A DNA stretch of 64,000 bases. It comes from an uncultured Gemmatimonadales bacterium. Lineage in GTDB: Bacteria > Gemmatimonadota > Gemmatimonadetes > Gemmatimonadales > GWC2-71-9. The position numbers were made by a program, and so were the translations under genes. Of this stretch, positions 9,285-19,215 are shown piece after piece; position 1 is the first letter of the stretch, and each line of letters begins with the position of its first letter. The notes under the pieces are model-generated. The model did no database searches, was not told the DNA's origin, and was given only the letters and a program-made list of their open reading frames with translations. The stretch is from the NCBI GenBank assembly GCA_963795085.1, contig CAWCFX010000006.1:32001-96000 (forward strand), in the 5' to 3' direction.

Positions 9285-11012
9285 GTGAGAATGCACCCCC
9301 TGGGCCTGGTCACGGCCGGCCTCGTTCTCGTCACTGCCTGTACCAACGCCGCCACCCAGGCCCAGGGTCCCGACCGGGGCACCAACCCGGCATGGACCTA
9401 CGCCGGCAAGAGCATCGTCACCGAGGCGCCGCTCGCCATGGTGGTCTCCGCGAATGTGATCGCCAGCGAGGTCGGCCGCGACATTCTCAAGCAGGGTGGC
9501 AATGCGGTGGATGCGGCGGTGGCGGTGGGTATGGCGCTGGCCGTGGTGCACCCGGAGGCCGGGAATATCGGCGGCGGCGGGTTCATGACGATCCGCCTGA
9601 ACGACACCGTCTATACGATCGACTATCGCGAGAAGGCGCCCCAGGCCGCTTCGCGGGACATGTACCTCAACCTCCGCGGGAACCCCAGCGACCTGAGCGC
9701 CGTCGGGCACCTCTCGGTCGGCGTCCCCGGGGCGGTCGCCGGCATGGCGGAAGCCCACCGCCGGTTGGGCAAGCTGACCTGGGCGCGGGTGCTGGCCCCG
9801 GCGATCCGGCTGGCCAACGAGGGGTTCATTATTGACGACTACCGGAGCCGTTCCCTCGATGGAGCGTGGGAACAGCTCTACATATTCCCGGCCTCCCGCG
9901 AATATTTCTTTCCGACCGGTCGCGCCCCCACCCCGGGTACGCGCTTCGTCCAGCGGGACCTCGGCCGCACCCTGCAGGCCATCTCGGACAGCGGTCCGGC
10001 CGGGTTCTACCGCGGCCGGGTGGCGGATCTCATCGTCGCCGAGATGCAGCGGGGCGGCGGCCTTATCACGCATGAAGACCTGGCCGCGTACCGGGCCGAG
10101 TGGCGGGACCCGGTGCGTCTCACCTATCGGGGCTATACCATCTATTCCATGCCGCCCGCCTCCTCGGGAGGCGTCACCATGGGCATGATTCTCAACATCA
10201 TGGAAGGGTACGGCACCCTGCCGCCGTTCGGGTCTGCGGCCCTGCTGCACCGGGAAGCCGAGGCAATGCGCCAGGCCTTCATCCATCGGAACAGCACCCT
10301 GGGCGACCCTGACTTCGTCGAGATGCCGCTGGACCGTCTCCTCTCCAAGGCGTACGCCGATACTCTCCGGAAAGGAACCAACCTCACCCGGGCTAACCCG
10401 ACCCCGGACTTCGACGCCGGTGCCCCGGGCGGCAACTCCACCACCCACTATTCCGTGGTGGATGCCGAGGGCAACACCGTCAGTTGCACCACCACCCTCA
10501 ACAACAGCTATGGCAGCGGCGTGTCGGTCGCCGGCGGGGGCTTTCTCCTGAACGACGAAATGGACGACTTCGCCTCGGCCCCCGGCAAGCCCAACATGTA
10601 CGGCCTGGTCCAGGGCGAGGCCAATGCCATCGCCCCGGGCAAACGGATGCTCTCAGCCATGACACCGAGCATCGTGCTGGACTCCGCCGGCAAGCTGTTC
10701 CTGGTGGTGGGTACGCCGGGTGGTCCCACCATCATTACCCAGGTCTATCACATCATCTCCAACGTGATTGACCACCGCATGCCGCTGGCCGACGCCGTCG
10801 CCGCCCCGCGGATGCACCACCAGGCCCTGCCCGACGAAATCCGGCTGGAGACCAACGGATTTCAGCCCGCCACCCTGGAACAACTCAAGGCCATGGGACA
10901 TACACTCACATTCCGGGGCCGCTGGGGGGACGTAGAAGCCATCATCCGGACACCCGCCGGCTGGCAGGGAGTCAGTGACCCGCGGCTGGGCGGAGGCGGG
11001 GCAGGATACTGA
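9285..11012 (+). CDS. ggt: Gamma-glutamyltransferase (probable lipoprotein)
   Basis: GGNAVDAAVA, IDYREKAP, STTHYSVVD (autocleavage Thr), LLNDEMDDF, KRMLSAMTP; lipobox-like VTAC. Confidence 0.95.
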   Translation: MRMHPLGLVTAGLVLVTACTNAATQAQGPDRGTNPAWTYAGKSIVTEAPLAMVVSANVIASEVGRDILKQGGNAVDAAVAVGMALAVVHPEAGNIGGGGFMTIRLNDTVYTIDYREKAPQAASRDMYLNLRGNPSDLSAVGHLSVGVPGAVAGMAEAHRRLGKLTWARVLAPAIRLANEGFIIDDYRSRSLDGAWEQLYIFPASREYFFPTGRAPTPGTRFVQRDLGRTLQAISDSGPAGFYRGRVADLIVAEMQRGGGLITHEDLAAYRAEWRDPVRLTYRGYTIYSMPPASSGGVTMGMILNIMEGYGTLPPFGSAALLHREAEAMRQAFIHRNSTLGDPDFVEMPLDRLLSKAYADTLRKGTNLTRANPTPDFDAGAPGGNSTTHYSVVDAEGNTVSCTTTLNNSYGSGVSVAGGGFLLNDEMDDFASAPGKPNMYGLVQGEANAIAPGKRMLSAMTPSIVLDSAGKLFLVVGTPGGPTIITQVYHIISNVIDHRMPLADAVAAPRMHHQALPDEIRLETNGFQPATLEQLKAMGHTLTFRGRWGDVEAIIRTPAGWQGVSDPRLGGGGAGY

Positions 11013-11026
11013 TAAGGGGGGAGGAC

Positions 11027-11066
11027 GTGAGAAGTGAGAAGTGAGAAGTGAGAAGTGAGAAGTGAA
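11027..11066 (+). repeat. Heptamer tandem repeat (GTGAGAA)x5 plus partial unit
   Basis: Directly visible after the ggt stop. Confidence 0.95.
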
Positions 11067-11124
11067 CCAATTTCGATGTGCGGGGTACCAGTCCTTCAGC
11101 TGGTACCCTTTTTCATTGCGAGCG

Positions 11125-11637
11125 ATGAAGGAATCTGTCTTCCGTACCTCCGTGGACGTACCGCGGGGCCGCGCCGAGGTGTTTGCGTTCTTCGCCGAGG
11201 CGGGGAACCTGGAACGAATCACGCCACCGGAGCTTCGTTTCCGGATCCTGACCCCTGAACCGGTCGAAATCCGGGCGGGGGCACTCATTGATTATCGCCT
11301 TCGGCTTTACGGCATCCCGATCCGCTGGCGGACGCTGATTGCCGCTTGGGATCCGCCCTCGAGTTTCGTGGACCAGCAGGTGCGGGGACCCTACGCACAG
11401 TGGGTGCACACCCATACTTTCTGCGACTTGCCAGACGGGGGTACCCGGATCAGCGACGAGGTACGGTACCGGCTGCCATTCGGGCCGCTGGGGTGGCTGG
11501 CGTACCCCCTGGTCCGCGGCCAGGTCACGCGAATCTTTTCCTACCGAAAATCCCGGGTCACCAGGCTGCTGGGACTACCCGGCCCTCCGGACACGGTCAG
11601 GGGCGGGAGCATCGAAACCGGATGCCCCCGCCCCTGA
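11125..11637 (+). CDS. SRPBCC (START-like) family protein
   Basis: [46 protein letters not shown]. Confidence 0.85.
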   Translation: MKESVFRTSVDVPRGRAEVFAFFAEAGNLERITPPELRFRILTPEPVEIRAGALIDYRLRLYGIPIRWRTLIAAWDPPSSFVDQQVRGPYAQWVHTHTFCDLPDGGTRISDEVRYRLPFGPLGWLAYPLVRGQVTRIFSYRKSRVTRLLGLPGPPDTVRGGSIETGCPRP

Positions 11638-11639
11638 CC
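11595..11639. terminator. 19-bp stem hairpin between convergent genes (probable terminator or RNA stabiliser)
   Basis: GGTCAGGGGCGGGAGCATC / GATGCCCCCGCCCCTGACC; one mismatch that is a G-U pair on the minus strand. Confidence 0.55.
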
Positions 11640-11683
11640 ATCTTCCCCTTGCCCCCTTGCCCCCCTGACCCTCTTGCCCCCTT

Positions 11684-12447
11684 TTAGAGCGTCAGGGCCT
11701 CGGTCAGCTTGAGCACGATCCGGGCGCCAGCCGGCACCACGACATCGCGGTCGGCCGTTTCCATGGCGACCCCGGTGCCCACCGCGGCACCGACGACGCC
11801 GCCGATGATGGCGCCCTTCTTGTTGCCGCTCAGCACCCGGCCCGCGATGGCGCCGGCTGCGGCGCCGGCCCCGACCTTGGCCGCATCACCGGCCGTCACG
11901 CCCCGACCCTCCAGCCGGTGTTCCACCGACTCGATGCTGGCATTCAGCGTATAGGATTTTCCTCCAACTTCGATGGTCGCGGGCATCAGGACGATTTTGC
12001 CGTCAGCCTGGCCCTTGTTCTCCGCCGGCTCGATCTGCGAGACCGTAAGGCGGACCACTGAACCCGCGGGGATGACCACGCGGCCGCGGCTGTCCGAGAT
12101 ATCGCTGGCCACCGTCGCCATCAGCGTCTCGCCGGCCTTGTTGGTCCGGGACGAGATCTGCGTGGTGGTATTGGCATTGATGGTAGTGCCGGCCGCCAGG
12201 CTTCGGCCGGCGGGCGGGGCCGGCGTCGAGGGGGTCGTCTGCCGCGGGGTCGTCGGCCGGGCGTGGACGGGGTGCTCGTGGTCGGCGGAGGATTGGTGGG
12301 GCGGTCGTTCAGCGCGGCGCTGGAATCCGCCGGGGACATCTGGAGGTCGCGGCTCAGGCTATCAGCCATCGCCTGGTCGCTCCGGTCCCGACCGCATGCG
12401 GCGACCGCAATGATTCCAAGAATTGCCAGCGGGGTACGAAGCAGCAT
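11684..12447 (-). pseudogene. Glycine-zipper lipoprotein, paralog of 12918-13751, with one frameshift near 12260 (pseudogene or assembly error)
   Basis: N-terminus MLLRTPLAILGIIAVAAC...ADSLSRDL in one frame; ...RPTTPRQTT...QISSRTNKAGETLMATV...GAGAAAGAIAGR in another; one extra C in the CCC run restores a single ORF. Confidence 0.8.
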
Positions 12448-12545
12448 CCTCTCCTCCTTGAGTTGTCGTCTGTCGCGAAGTCGAATCATATCCATCGCAC
12501 CGTTCCCGGCAAGGCCATGTGTGACGGGGGTCACACACCGCCGGG

Positions 12546-12782
12546 TTAGACCCGGTCGTCGAGGCCCTTCACTCCTGCCTCTTCCGCGCAGTGCGCGCAA
12601 CAGAAGAAGGTTCCGTCATCTTCCATCCCGTGGCCGATGATCCGGCAGTTGCAATGGCTGCAGGTGGGGGCGAGGCGGTGGATGGCGCACTCGAAGGAGT
12701 CGAAGGTGTGGGACTTGCCCTCGTAGGTGCGCACGGTGAATGCCTTGTCGTAGTCATTCCCGCAAACTTCACATTTCGCCAT
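12546..12782 (-). CDS. Small Cys/His-rich metal-binding protein (metallothionein-like)
   Basis: CEVC, FDSFECAIH, CSHCNC, CCAHC; AGGAG RBS upstream. Confidence 0.8.
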   Translation of the reverse strand: MAKCEVCGNDYDKAFTVRTYEGKSHTFDSFECAIHRLAPTCSHCNCRIIGHGMEDDGTFFCCAHCAEEAGVKGLDDRV

Positions 12783-12872
12783 CGGTTGCTCCTGCCGGGG
12801 TTAGGGCCCAGGTCCAGCCTCTACGGTGCGCCCCCGGGCGGTGAAAGGATGTGACACCCACCACAAAGGAAA

Positions 12873-12896
12873 AGCGGCTGCCCGAAGGCAGCCGCT
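12873..12896 (-). terminator. Rho-independent terminator of the 12918-13751 gene
   Basis: AGCGGCTGCC-CGAA-GGCAGCCGCT hairpin (UUCG loop on minus strand) followed by U-rich tract on minus strand. Confidence 0.8.
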
Positions 12897-12917
12897 GGCC
12901 CCACCCTGGGAGCGGGC

Positions 12918-13751
12918 CTAGTTGCTGGACACCACCAGTTCCTGGTTGAGCGTAAAGGTGATGGCGGCTCCCGGCGCCACCACGACATCCCGGTCGGCGG
13001 TCTCCACCGCGACCCCGGTTCCCACGGCGGCACCCACCACCCCGCCGATGACCGTGCCCTTCTTGCCGCCCAGGATCCGCCCCGCGATCGCGCCGGCCGC
13101 TGCGCCGGCGCCGACCTTGGCTGCATCGCCGGTGGTGACGCCCCGGCCCCGCAGCGTGTGCTGGACCGCGGTGCTCGCCCCGCCGATGGGATACTCCCGG
13201 CCCCGCACCGTGACCGAGGCCAGGCGCAGGTTGATGGTGCCCCGGGTAGCGCTCTTGTTCTCGGCCGGCGCCAGCGCCGTAATCGTGAACTGCGCGGTAG
13301 AGCCGGCGGGGATGATCACCCGCCCATTCTCATCGCGGACGTCGTCCGAGATCCGGGCGGTCACCGTTTCTCCCACCTTGTTGCGCTGGGAGGTAATCGA
13401 GTCGGTCGCGGCGGCGCTGATGACGGTCCCCGAGGGGAGCACCAGCGGGGCCGCGGCCACCGGCGGGCGGGCCGGACCGGGATCGCTCACCACGGGGGTC
13501 GGCTGCTGGGCCTGGGGCCGGGGGGTCGTGACCCGGGGCGTCTGCCGCGGAGCCGGCGTCGTAACCGGCGGGGTGGTGACCGGGGCCGGCGGGTTCGCGG
13601 GTGGCGCGTCGTTCAGCGCCACGGTGGATTCGGCCGGTGCCAGCTCGAGGTCCCGGCCCAGGCTGTCGGCCACGGCGTTCTCGGCCCGGTCCCGTCCCGC
13701 GCAACCGGCCAGGAATGTGAGTGCTGCCACGGCCAGGATACTGATTCGCAT
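12918..13751 (-). CDS. Lipoprotein with Pro/Thr-rich linker, beta-rich domain and glycine zipper
   Basis: Lipobox FLAGC; AKVGAGAAAGAIAGRILGG...IGGVVGAAVGTGVA. Confidence 0.8.
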   Translation of the reverse strand: MRISILAVAALTFLAGCAGRDRAENAVADSLGRDLELAPAESTVALNDAPPANPPAPVTTPPVTTPAPRQTPRVTTPRPQAQQPTPVVSDPGPARPPVAAAPLVLPSGTVISAAATDSITSQRNKVGETVTARISDDVRDENGRVIIPAGSTAQFTITALAPAENKSATRGTINLRLASVTVRGREYPIGGASTAVQHTLRGRGVTTGDAAKVGAGAAAGAIAGRILGGKKGTVIGGVVGAAVGTGVAVETADRDVVVAPGAAITFTLNQELVVSSN

Positions 13752-13815
13752 GGTTATCTCCCTCAGAGGATCACTTGCCCGGGTGTGCTCACCCGGTGAC
13801 ATTACCGACCTGTAT

Positions 13816-15597
13816 ATGCGTCAACTTCGAACGGTGCTCCCTTTTGCCCGTCCCTACGCGGGAATATACCTCGCCGGGCTGGGCTTGACCGTGTTCTCCA
13901 ACGTCCTTTCAACTCTTGGGCCACAATTCCTGCGCCGGGGCGTGGAGGCGCTGGAGCGGGGCGATCCCTTCAGCGCCGTCCAGACCGCGGTCCTGATCAT
14001 GGTGGGGCTGGCCCTGGTGGCGGGCGCCGCCCGCTACGGCATGCGCCAGCTGCTCAACAGCGTAAGCCGCCGGGTCGAATACGACATGCGGAACGTGCTG
14101 TACCGACATCTCCAGGGCCTGCCGGCCGAGTTCTACGACCGGTCCACCACCGGCGATCTCATGGCCCGCTCCACCAACGACCTGCTCAACGTCCGCATGG
14201 TGGCGGGACCCGCCGTCATGTATCTGGTGGATACCATCACCCGCTCCATGCTGGTGATCCCCTTCATGCTGGCGATCAGCCCCCGGCTGACGCTGTTCGC
14301 CCTGCTTCCCCTGGTGGCGTTGCCCCCGGTGATGGTCTATTTCGGCCAGGCGATTCACCGTCGCACCACCGCCATCCAGGCCCAGTTCAGCGCCCTGACC
14401 GATTTCGTGCACGAGAACCTTTCGGGCGTGCGAATCGTGCGGGCGTACCGGCAGGAGGCGGCGGAAACCGACCAGTTCACCAGACTAAACGCCGAGTACG
14501 TCACTCGCAACATCGCCCTGGCGCGCACCTATGGCGCCTTCATGCCGGTGATGGGACTGATCGGGGGACTGGGCGGGCTCGCGGTGCTCTACATCGGCGG
14601 CCGCCAGGTGATGCTGGGCAACATCACCGCCGGCGCGTACATCGCGTTCGGCGTGTACCTGGTGACCCTGATCTGGCCGATGATCGCGCTGGGATGGGTG
14701 GTCAACCTGGTTCAGCGGGGCGCCGCCTCGATGGGACGCATCAACCAGTTGCTGGACGAACGCTCGGCCCTGGAGCCGACGCCGGTGCAGGCGCGACCGC
14801 TTTCGGCCGGGGCGGCGAGTCTCCCCGGGGCCCGCAGCATCGCCTTTGAAGGCGTCTGGTTCCAGTATCCCAACGCACGGGACCGCGGCTGGGTCCTCCA
14901 GGACGTCTCCTTCACCGTGGCCGCCGGCCAGTCGCTCGCCATCGTGGGCCCGACCGGCTCCGGCAAGTCCACCCTGGCCGATCTCATCGTCCGCACCTAC
15001 GACCCGGACCGCGGCCGGGTCCTCCTGGACGGGGTGGACGTGAAAGGGCTGGGTCTCGCCCAACTGCGCCAGGAGGTCGGCTTCGTCCCCCAGGAAACCT
15101 TCCTGTTCAGCGACACGATTCGCGAGAACATCCTTTTCGGCGCCCCGGACGACGGCCGGCTGGAAACGGCGGCGGCTACCGCCCAGCTCGCGGACACCCT
15201 GAAAGAACTGAGCGCCGGCGCGGACACCATGCTGGGGGAGCGGGGAATCAATCTTTCCGGCGGGCAGAAACAGCGCACCGCCATCGCCCGGGCGCTGGCC
15301 AAGTCGCCGCCGGTTTTTGTCCTGGATGATGCGTTGAGCGCGGTGGACGCCCAGACCGAAACCCGGATTCTGCGGAGTCTCCGGGGCGCCCTGGCGGGAC
15401 GTACCAGTATCATCATATCCCACCGGCTGGCGGCGGTCCGCGATGCCGACTGGATCCTGGTCCTGGATGGGGGGGTGATCGTCGAGCAGGGAAACCACCA
15501 GGACCTGGTCCAGCGGGACGGGCGGTACTGGGAATTGCTGAGCCGGCAGCAGCTCGAAGAAGAAATCGAGACCGGAGAGTCCCCGGTCCAGGTCTAG
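13816..15597 (+). CDS. ABC exporter, fused TMD-NBD (MdlA/MsbA-like)
   Basis: TGDLMAR, GPTGSGKST, LSGGQKQR, LDDALSAVD, ISHR. Confidence 0.92.
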   Translation: MRQLRTVLPFARPYAGIYLAGLGLTVFSNVLSTLGPQFLRRGVEALERGDPFSAVQTAVLIMVGLALVAGAARYGMRQLLNSVSRRVEYDMRNVLYRHLQGLPAEFYDRSTTGDLMARSTNDLLNVRMVAGPAVMYLVDTITRSMLVIPFMLAISPRLTLFALLPLVALPPVMVYFGQAIHRRTTAIQAQFSALTDFVHENLSGVRIVRAYRQEAAETDQFTRLNAEYVTRNIALARTYGAFMPVMGLIGGLGGLAVLYIGGRQVMLGNITAGAYIAFGVYLVTLIWPMIALGWVVNLVQRGAASMGRINQLLDERSALEPTPVQARPLSAGAASLPGARSIAFEGVWFQYPNARDRGWVLQDVSFTVAAGQSLAIVGPTGSGKSTLADLIVRTYDPDRGRVLLDGVDVKGLGLAQLRQEVGFVPQETFLFSDTIRENILFGAPDDGRLETAAATAQLADTLKELSAGADTMLGERGINLSGGQKQRTAIARALAKSPPVFVLDDALSAVDAQTETRILRSLRGALAGRTSIIISHRLAAVRDADWILVLDGGVIVEQGNHQDLVQRDGRYWELLSRQQLEEEIETGESPVQV

Positions 15598-15647
15598 CGC
15601 GACCGCCGGGCCGGGGGGTACCTTGCCTGCCCCAGCCACCCCCATCT

Positions 15648-16328
15648 ATGACCACCGCTACCCTGCAGGAGCGCCTGGCCCGGGAGCCCCAACTGCCGCA
15701 GAAGGAAGCGGTGCGAATCGGGGCTCTGCTGGCGCGCGAGGTCGAGCGCCTCAACCGCCAGGGCAAGCGGGCCTGCCCCATCAGCCCCGAATCCGTGATA
15801 CTCCGGGGCCCCGACGTCGCGCTCAACGAGGGGGGCCCGTCCGCCTTTCCGGCACCGGAGGAAGTGGCGGGTCAACCGGTGGATGAGCGGACTGATGTGT
15901 ACCGGCTGGGCGCGCTCATGTACCAAATGCTCACCGGGAGCCCGCCGCCGGTACCGGAAGCGCCGGCCAAGATTGCCACGGCTCCCCGTCTGCGGCCCCC
16001 TGCCTCCGTACCCTCAGTCCACGCGATCCGCCGCGATGTGAACCGGGCGCTCGACGCGGCCATATCCCGCGCGCTCGCTCGCAATCCCCGTGACCGGTTT
16101 GCCCGCGCCGGCCATTTCGCCGAAATTCTCGATGACGCCCTGAGCGGCCGGCTGGACCACCAGCCCCATTCCGACCGGCCCTCGCAGATGATGATCGTGG
16201 ATTCCTGGGAATTCCAGGAGGAGGAAAAACGGGCGGAGCGCAAGCTGAAGCGCCGGGCCACGGACCGCTGGGCCCTCCTGTTCCTCCTCGCCCTGGCCGC
16301 CATCCTGGGATTCGTCTTACTGCGGTAG
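15648..16328 (+). CDS. Degenerate kinase C-lobe protein (pseudokinase) with C-terminal TM
   Basis: APEE, DERTDVYRLGALMYQMLTG, RALARNPRDRF are present; no Gly-loop, VAIK, HRD or DFG. Confidence 0.7.
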   Translation: MTTATLQERLAREPQLPQKEAVRIGALLAREVERLNRQGKRACPISPESVILRGPDVALNEGGPSAFPAPEEVAGQPVDERTDVYRLGALMYQMLTGSPPPVPEAPAKIATAPRLRPPASVPSVHAIRRDVNRALDAAISRALARNPRDRFARAGHFAEILDDALSGRLDHQPHSDRPSQMMIVDSWEFQEEEKRAERKLKRRATDRWALLFLLALAAILGFVLLR

Positions 16329-16434
16329 CGGTACGCTCACCTCAACGGCATGATCCTCGCAAGACAGTTCGCCCGCCGGCAGGGCCGCGGGCATGACCCG
16401 GCATCGTCGCAGTAAACCCTTACAATAGAATACT

Positions 16435-17397
16435 TTGGACTTTAATCCGTGGCTGGTCATCGGGTTTGGATTGGGCGTCGGCATCCTGGTCGGCATGACC
16501 GGGATCGGGGGGGGCGCGCTCATGACCCCCCTCCTGGTGCTGTTCGTCGGAACCCCGCCGGTGACCGCAGTGGGCACCGACCTGGCCTACGGCGCTGTGA
16601 CCAAGACGGTGGGCGGCTACAAGCACTGGCGGCAGGGGACCATCGACTTCGGCCTTTCCTGGTGGATGGCGATCGGGTCGGTGCCCTCGGCGATCGGCGG
16701 GGTTTACGTCGTTGGCATCCTGCAGGAACACCTCGGCGGGAAGGAGTTCGAGCGCTTCATGCTCTACCTCCTCGCCGGCGCCATCGCCTTCACCGGCGCG
16801 ATGACCCTGATCCGGGCCATCTTTCTGAAGCAGTTAATCGCCCGGGAGCGGGATACCGTCAAGATGGAAGCCCGGCACAAGGTCGCCGCCGTGCTGCTCG
16901 GCCTGTCAGTGGGATTCGTCCTCGGCATCACCTCCGCCGGGAGCGGCTCGCTGATCGCGCTGGGGCTGATCATGATATTCCGGCTCTCGCCTTACCGGGT
17001 GGTCGGCACCGACATTTTCCACGCGGCGATTCTGCTGTGGGCGGCCGCGATCGCGCACGTCGTGGCGGGGAACGTGGATTACCCGCTCGCCGGCACCATC
17101 CTGGTCGGCTCGGTGCCCGGCGTCTGGCTGGGCAGCACGCTCTCGGTCCGGCTCCCGGCGGGGACCCTCCGCACCGTGCTGGGCGTGGTGCTGATCGGCG
17201 CGGCCATGGGCCTGGGATCCAAGGCGGGGCTGCCCATCTCTCCGGCCGCCATCGCCAGCGTGCCGCTCGTGCTGGCCGTCATCATTCTGTGGAGCCGCTT
17301 CCGCGACCGGGTGCCCCGCGCCATCGCCGACACCGAGGCCGGGGAGCCGGGCCAGCCGCGCATCCACCGGGAGCGGAAGCCCCCCGGGGGGCACTGA
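16435..17397 (+). CDS. TauE/SafE-family membrane protein (sulfite exporter family)
   Basis: GMTGIGGGALMTP, AVGTDL, GITSAGSG, VVGTDIFHA, GSVPGVWLG. Confidence 0.85.
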   Translation: MDFNPWLVIGFGLGVGILVGMTGIGGGALMTPLLVLFVGTPPVTAVGTDLAYGAVTKTVGGYKHWRQGTIDFGLSWWMAIGSVPSAIGGVYVVGILQEHLGGKEFERFMLYLLAGAIAFTGAMTLIRAIFLKQLIARERDTVKMEARHKVAAVLLGLSVGFVLGITSAGSGSLIALGLIMIFRLSPYRVVGTDIFHAAILLWAAAIAHVVAGNVDYPLAGTILVGSVPGVWLGSTLSVRLPAGTLRTVLGVVLIGAAMGLGSKAGLPISPAAIASVPLVLAVIILWSRFRDRVPRAIADTEAGEPGQPRIHRERKPPGGH

Positions 17398-17406
17398 CGC
17401 CCGGCC

Positions 17407-19176
17407 TCACATGCCGTAGTACAGCTTGAGCACGACCAGCATCGTCACGATCACCCCCACTGTGAGCGGCGCGCCCAGCCGGGAATAATCGCTGAACCGG
17501 TATCCGCCGGGCCCGTACACCATCGTGTTGGTCTGGTAGCCGATCGGTGTCAGGAACGAGGTCGAGGCCATCACGGCCACGATGAGGGCAAAGACGCGGG
17601 GATCCTGGTTCAGCTGTTCGGCGCTGGCGTACGCGATCGGGAACATGATGGCCGCGGCCGCGTTGTTGGTGATCAGTTCGGTCACCAGGCTGGTGGCCAG
17701 GATGATCCCGAGGGCCACGCCCAGCGTCCCCATGCCCGCGAACACCGCCAGCACCCCGCCGGCCACCTGGTCCGCGAGGCCGGAGCCTTCCATCGCCGCG
17801 CCCAGTCCGAATGACGCAGCGATCACCACGATCACATCGAGGTCCACGGCGTTCCGGGCATCGGTCGCCGTCAGCACGCCGGCGGCGATCAGCGCCACGG
17901 CGCCGAGGAGCGACGCCTGCAGCATGGGCAGGAGGTTCAATCCCGCCACCAGAACGATCCCAATGGTCACCAGGCCGACGATCCAGGCCTTTTTCGTGAC
18001 ACCCGGCGGGGTGCCTCCCAGGGTGGAAATGAGCAGGAAGTCGGTCCGGTCCCGCCAGCGACCCCGGAACCCAGGGTCGGCCAGCAGCACCAGGGTGTCC
18101 CCCACCCGCAGTTCCACCTGGCCCAGCTTGGCGTTGATGCGATGGCCGGCCCGGTGAATGGCGACCACCGCCGCCTGGTACCGGCTGCGGAAGTCCACCT
18201 CCTTGAGCGTCCGGCCCACCAGCGGCGAGGCCACCCCCACGACAGCTTCCAGGAAGGTGTGGCGGGCGGTATCGAACGGGAGCAGGTGCGTCTGCTCGGT
18301 GGAGACCAGGCCCCGCATCGCCTGGAGGTCAACGATCTGGTCCACCTTGCCGACGAAGCACAGCTGATCGCCCCCCTTGAGGATCATCGTCGAAGCCACC
18401 GGCGCGAGGCTGTCGCCGTCCCGCACCACCTCGACCAGGAATACCCCCTGCAGGTGGCGCAGGCCGCCCTCTTCGATCGCGCGTCCATCGAGCGGGCCGC
18501 CGGTCTCGACCAGCATGGTCACGGTGAATTCCCGGGCAACCTCCTGGAGGTCGTGGTTGGCGGGCCGCCGGTCCGGGAGCAGCCGCGAAGCGGTAAGCAG
18601 CAGGATGATGATCCCGACCACCGCCACCGGCAGCCCGATCGGGGTGATCTCGAAGAGGCCCATCGGCGGGACGCCGTGCGCTTCCAGCAGGCCGGACACC
18701 ACCAGGTTGGTGGAGGTTCCCATGACCGTGACCGCGCCGCCGAGGATCACCGCATAGGAGAGCGGCAGGAGGTAACGGGAAGGCGACCGCCCCGAACGTT
18801 CCGCCCAGTCGATGATCGGAGAGATCATCATGGCCACGAGCGGGGTGTTGTTGAGAAAGGCCGAGGCGCCCGCCGAGGCGGGCAGGAGACGGGCCAGGCT
18901 GCCCCGTTCACCCCGTTTCTCGCCCAGCAGGAATCCGAGGATCGGTTGCAGCAGGTTGGTCTTTTCCACCGCGCGGGCCAGCACGTACAGCGCCGCCACC
19001 GTGATCGGCGCGGAATTGCCGAACCCGGCGAAGGCCTGGGCCGGCGTGATGACCCCGACGACGAGGAGCAGGATGGTCGCCCCCAGCATGATGCTCGCGG
19101 GGGAATACGTCTCTCGTACCAGCAGGACCAGGGTCAGCAGCGTGACCGCCAGCGTGACCCATCCTTGCCATTCCAT
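17407..19176 (-). CDS. SLC13/DASS-family permease with two TrkA-C (RCK_C) domains
   Basis: SAFLNNTP, MGTSTNL, ITNNAAA, SFLTPIGYQTNTMVYGPGGY. Confidence 0.9.
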   Translation of the reverse strand: MEWQGWVTLAVTLLTLVLLVRETYSPASIMLGATILLLVVGVITPAQAFAGFGNSAPITVAALYVLARAVEKTNLLQPILGFLLGEKRGERGSLARLLPASAGASAFLNNTPLVAMMISPIIDWAERSGRSPSRYLLPLSYAVILGGAVTVMGTSTNLVVSGLLEAHGVPPMGLFEITPIGLPVAVVGIIILLLTASRLLPDRRPANHDLQEVAREFTVTMLVETGGPLDGRAIEEGGLRHLQGVFLVEVVRDGDSLAPVASTMILKGGDQLCFVGKVDQIVDLQAMRGLVSTEQTHLLPFDTARHTFLEAVVGVASPLVGRTLKEVDFRSRYQAAVVAIHRAGHRINAKLGQVELRVGDTLVLLADPGFRGRWRDRTDFLLISTLGGTPPGVTKKAWIVGLVTIGIVLVAGLNLLPMLQASLLGAVALIAAGVLTATDARNAVDLDVIVVIAASFGLGAAMEGSGLADQVAGGVLAVFAGMGTLGVALGIILATSLVTELITNNAAAAIMFPIAYASAEQLNQDPRVFALIVAVMASTSFLTPIGYQTNTMVYGPGGYRFSDYSRLGAPLTVGVIVTMLVVLKLYYGM

Positions 19177-19215
19177 GCGAGAATCCCGGGGTTGAAGGTG
19201 GCGTCCGGCCCGCGC

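Noticed and set aside
12922..13815. 891-aa version of the ABC transporter
   Set aside because: The extension is antisense to the lipoprotein gene; the real start is ATG 13816
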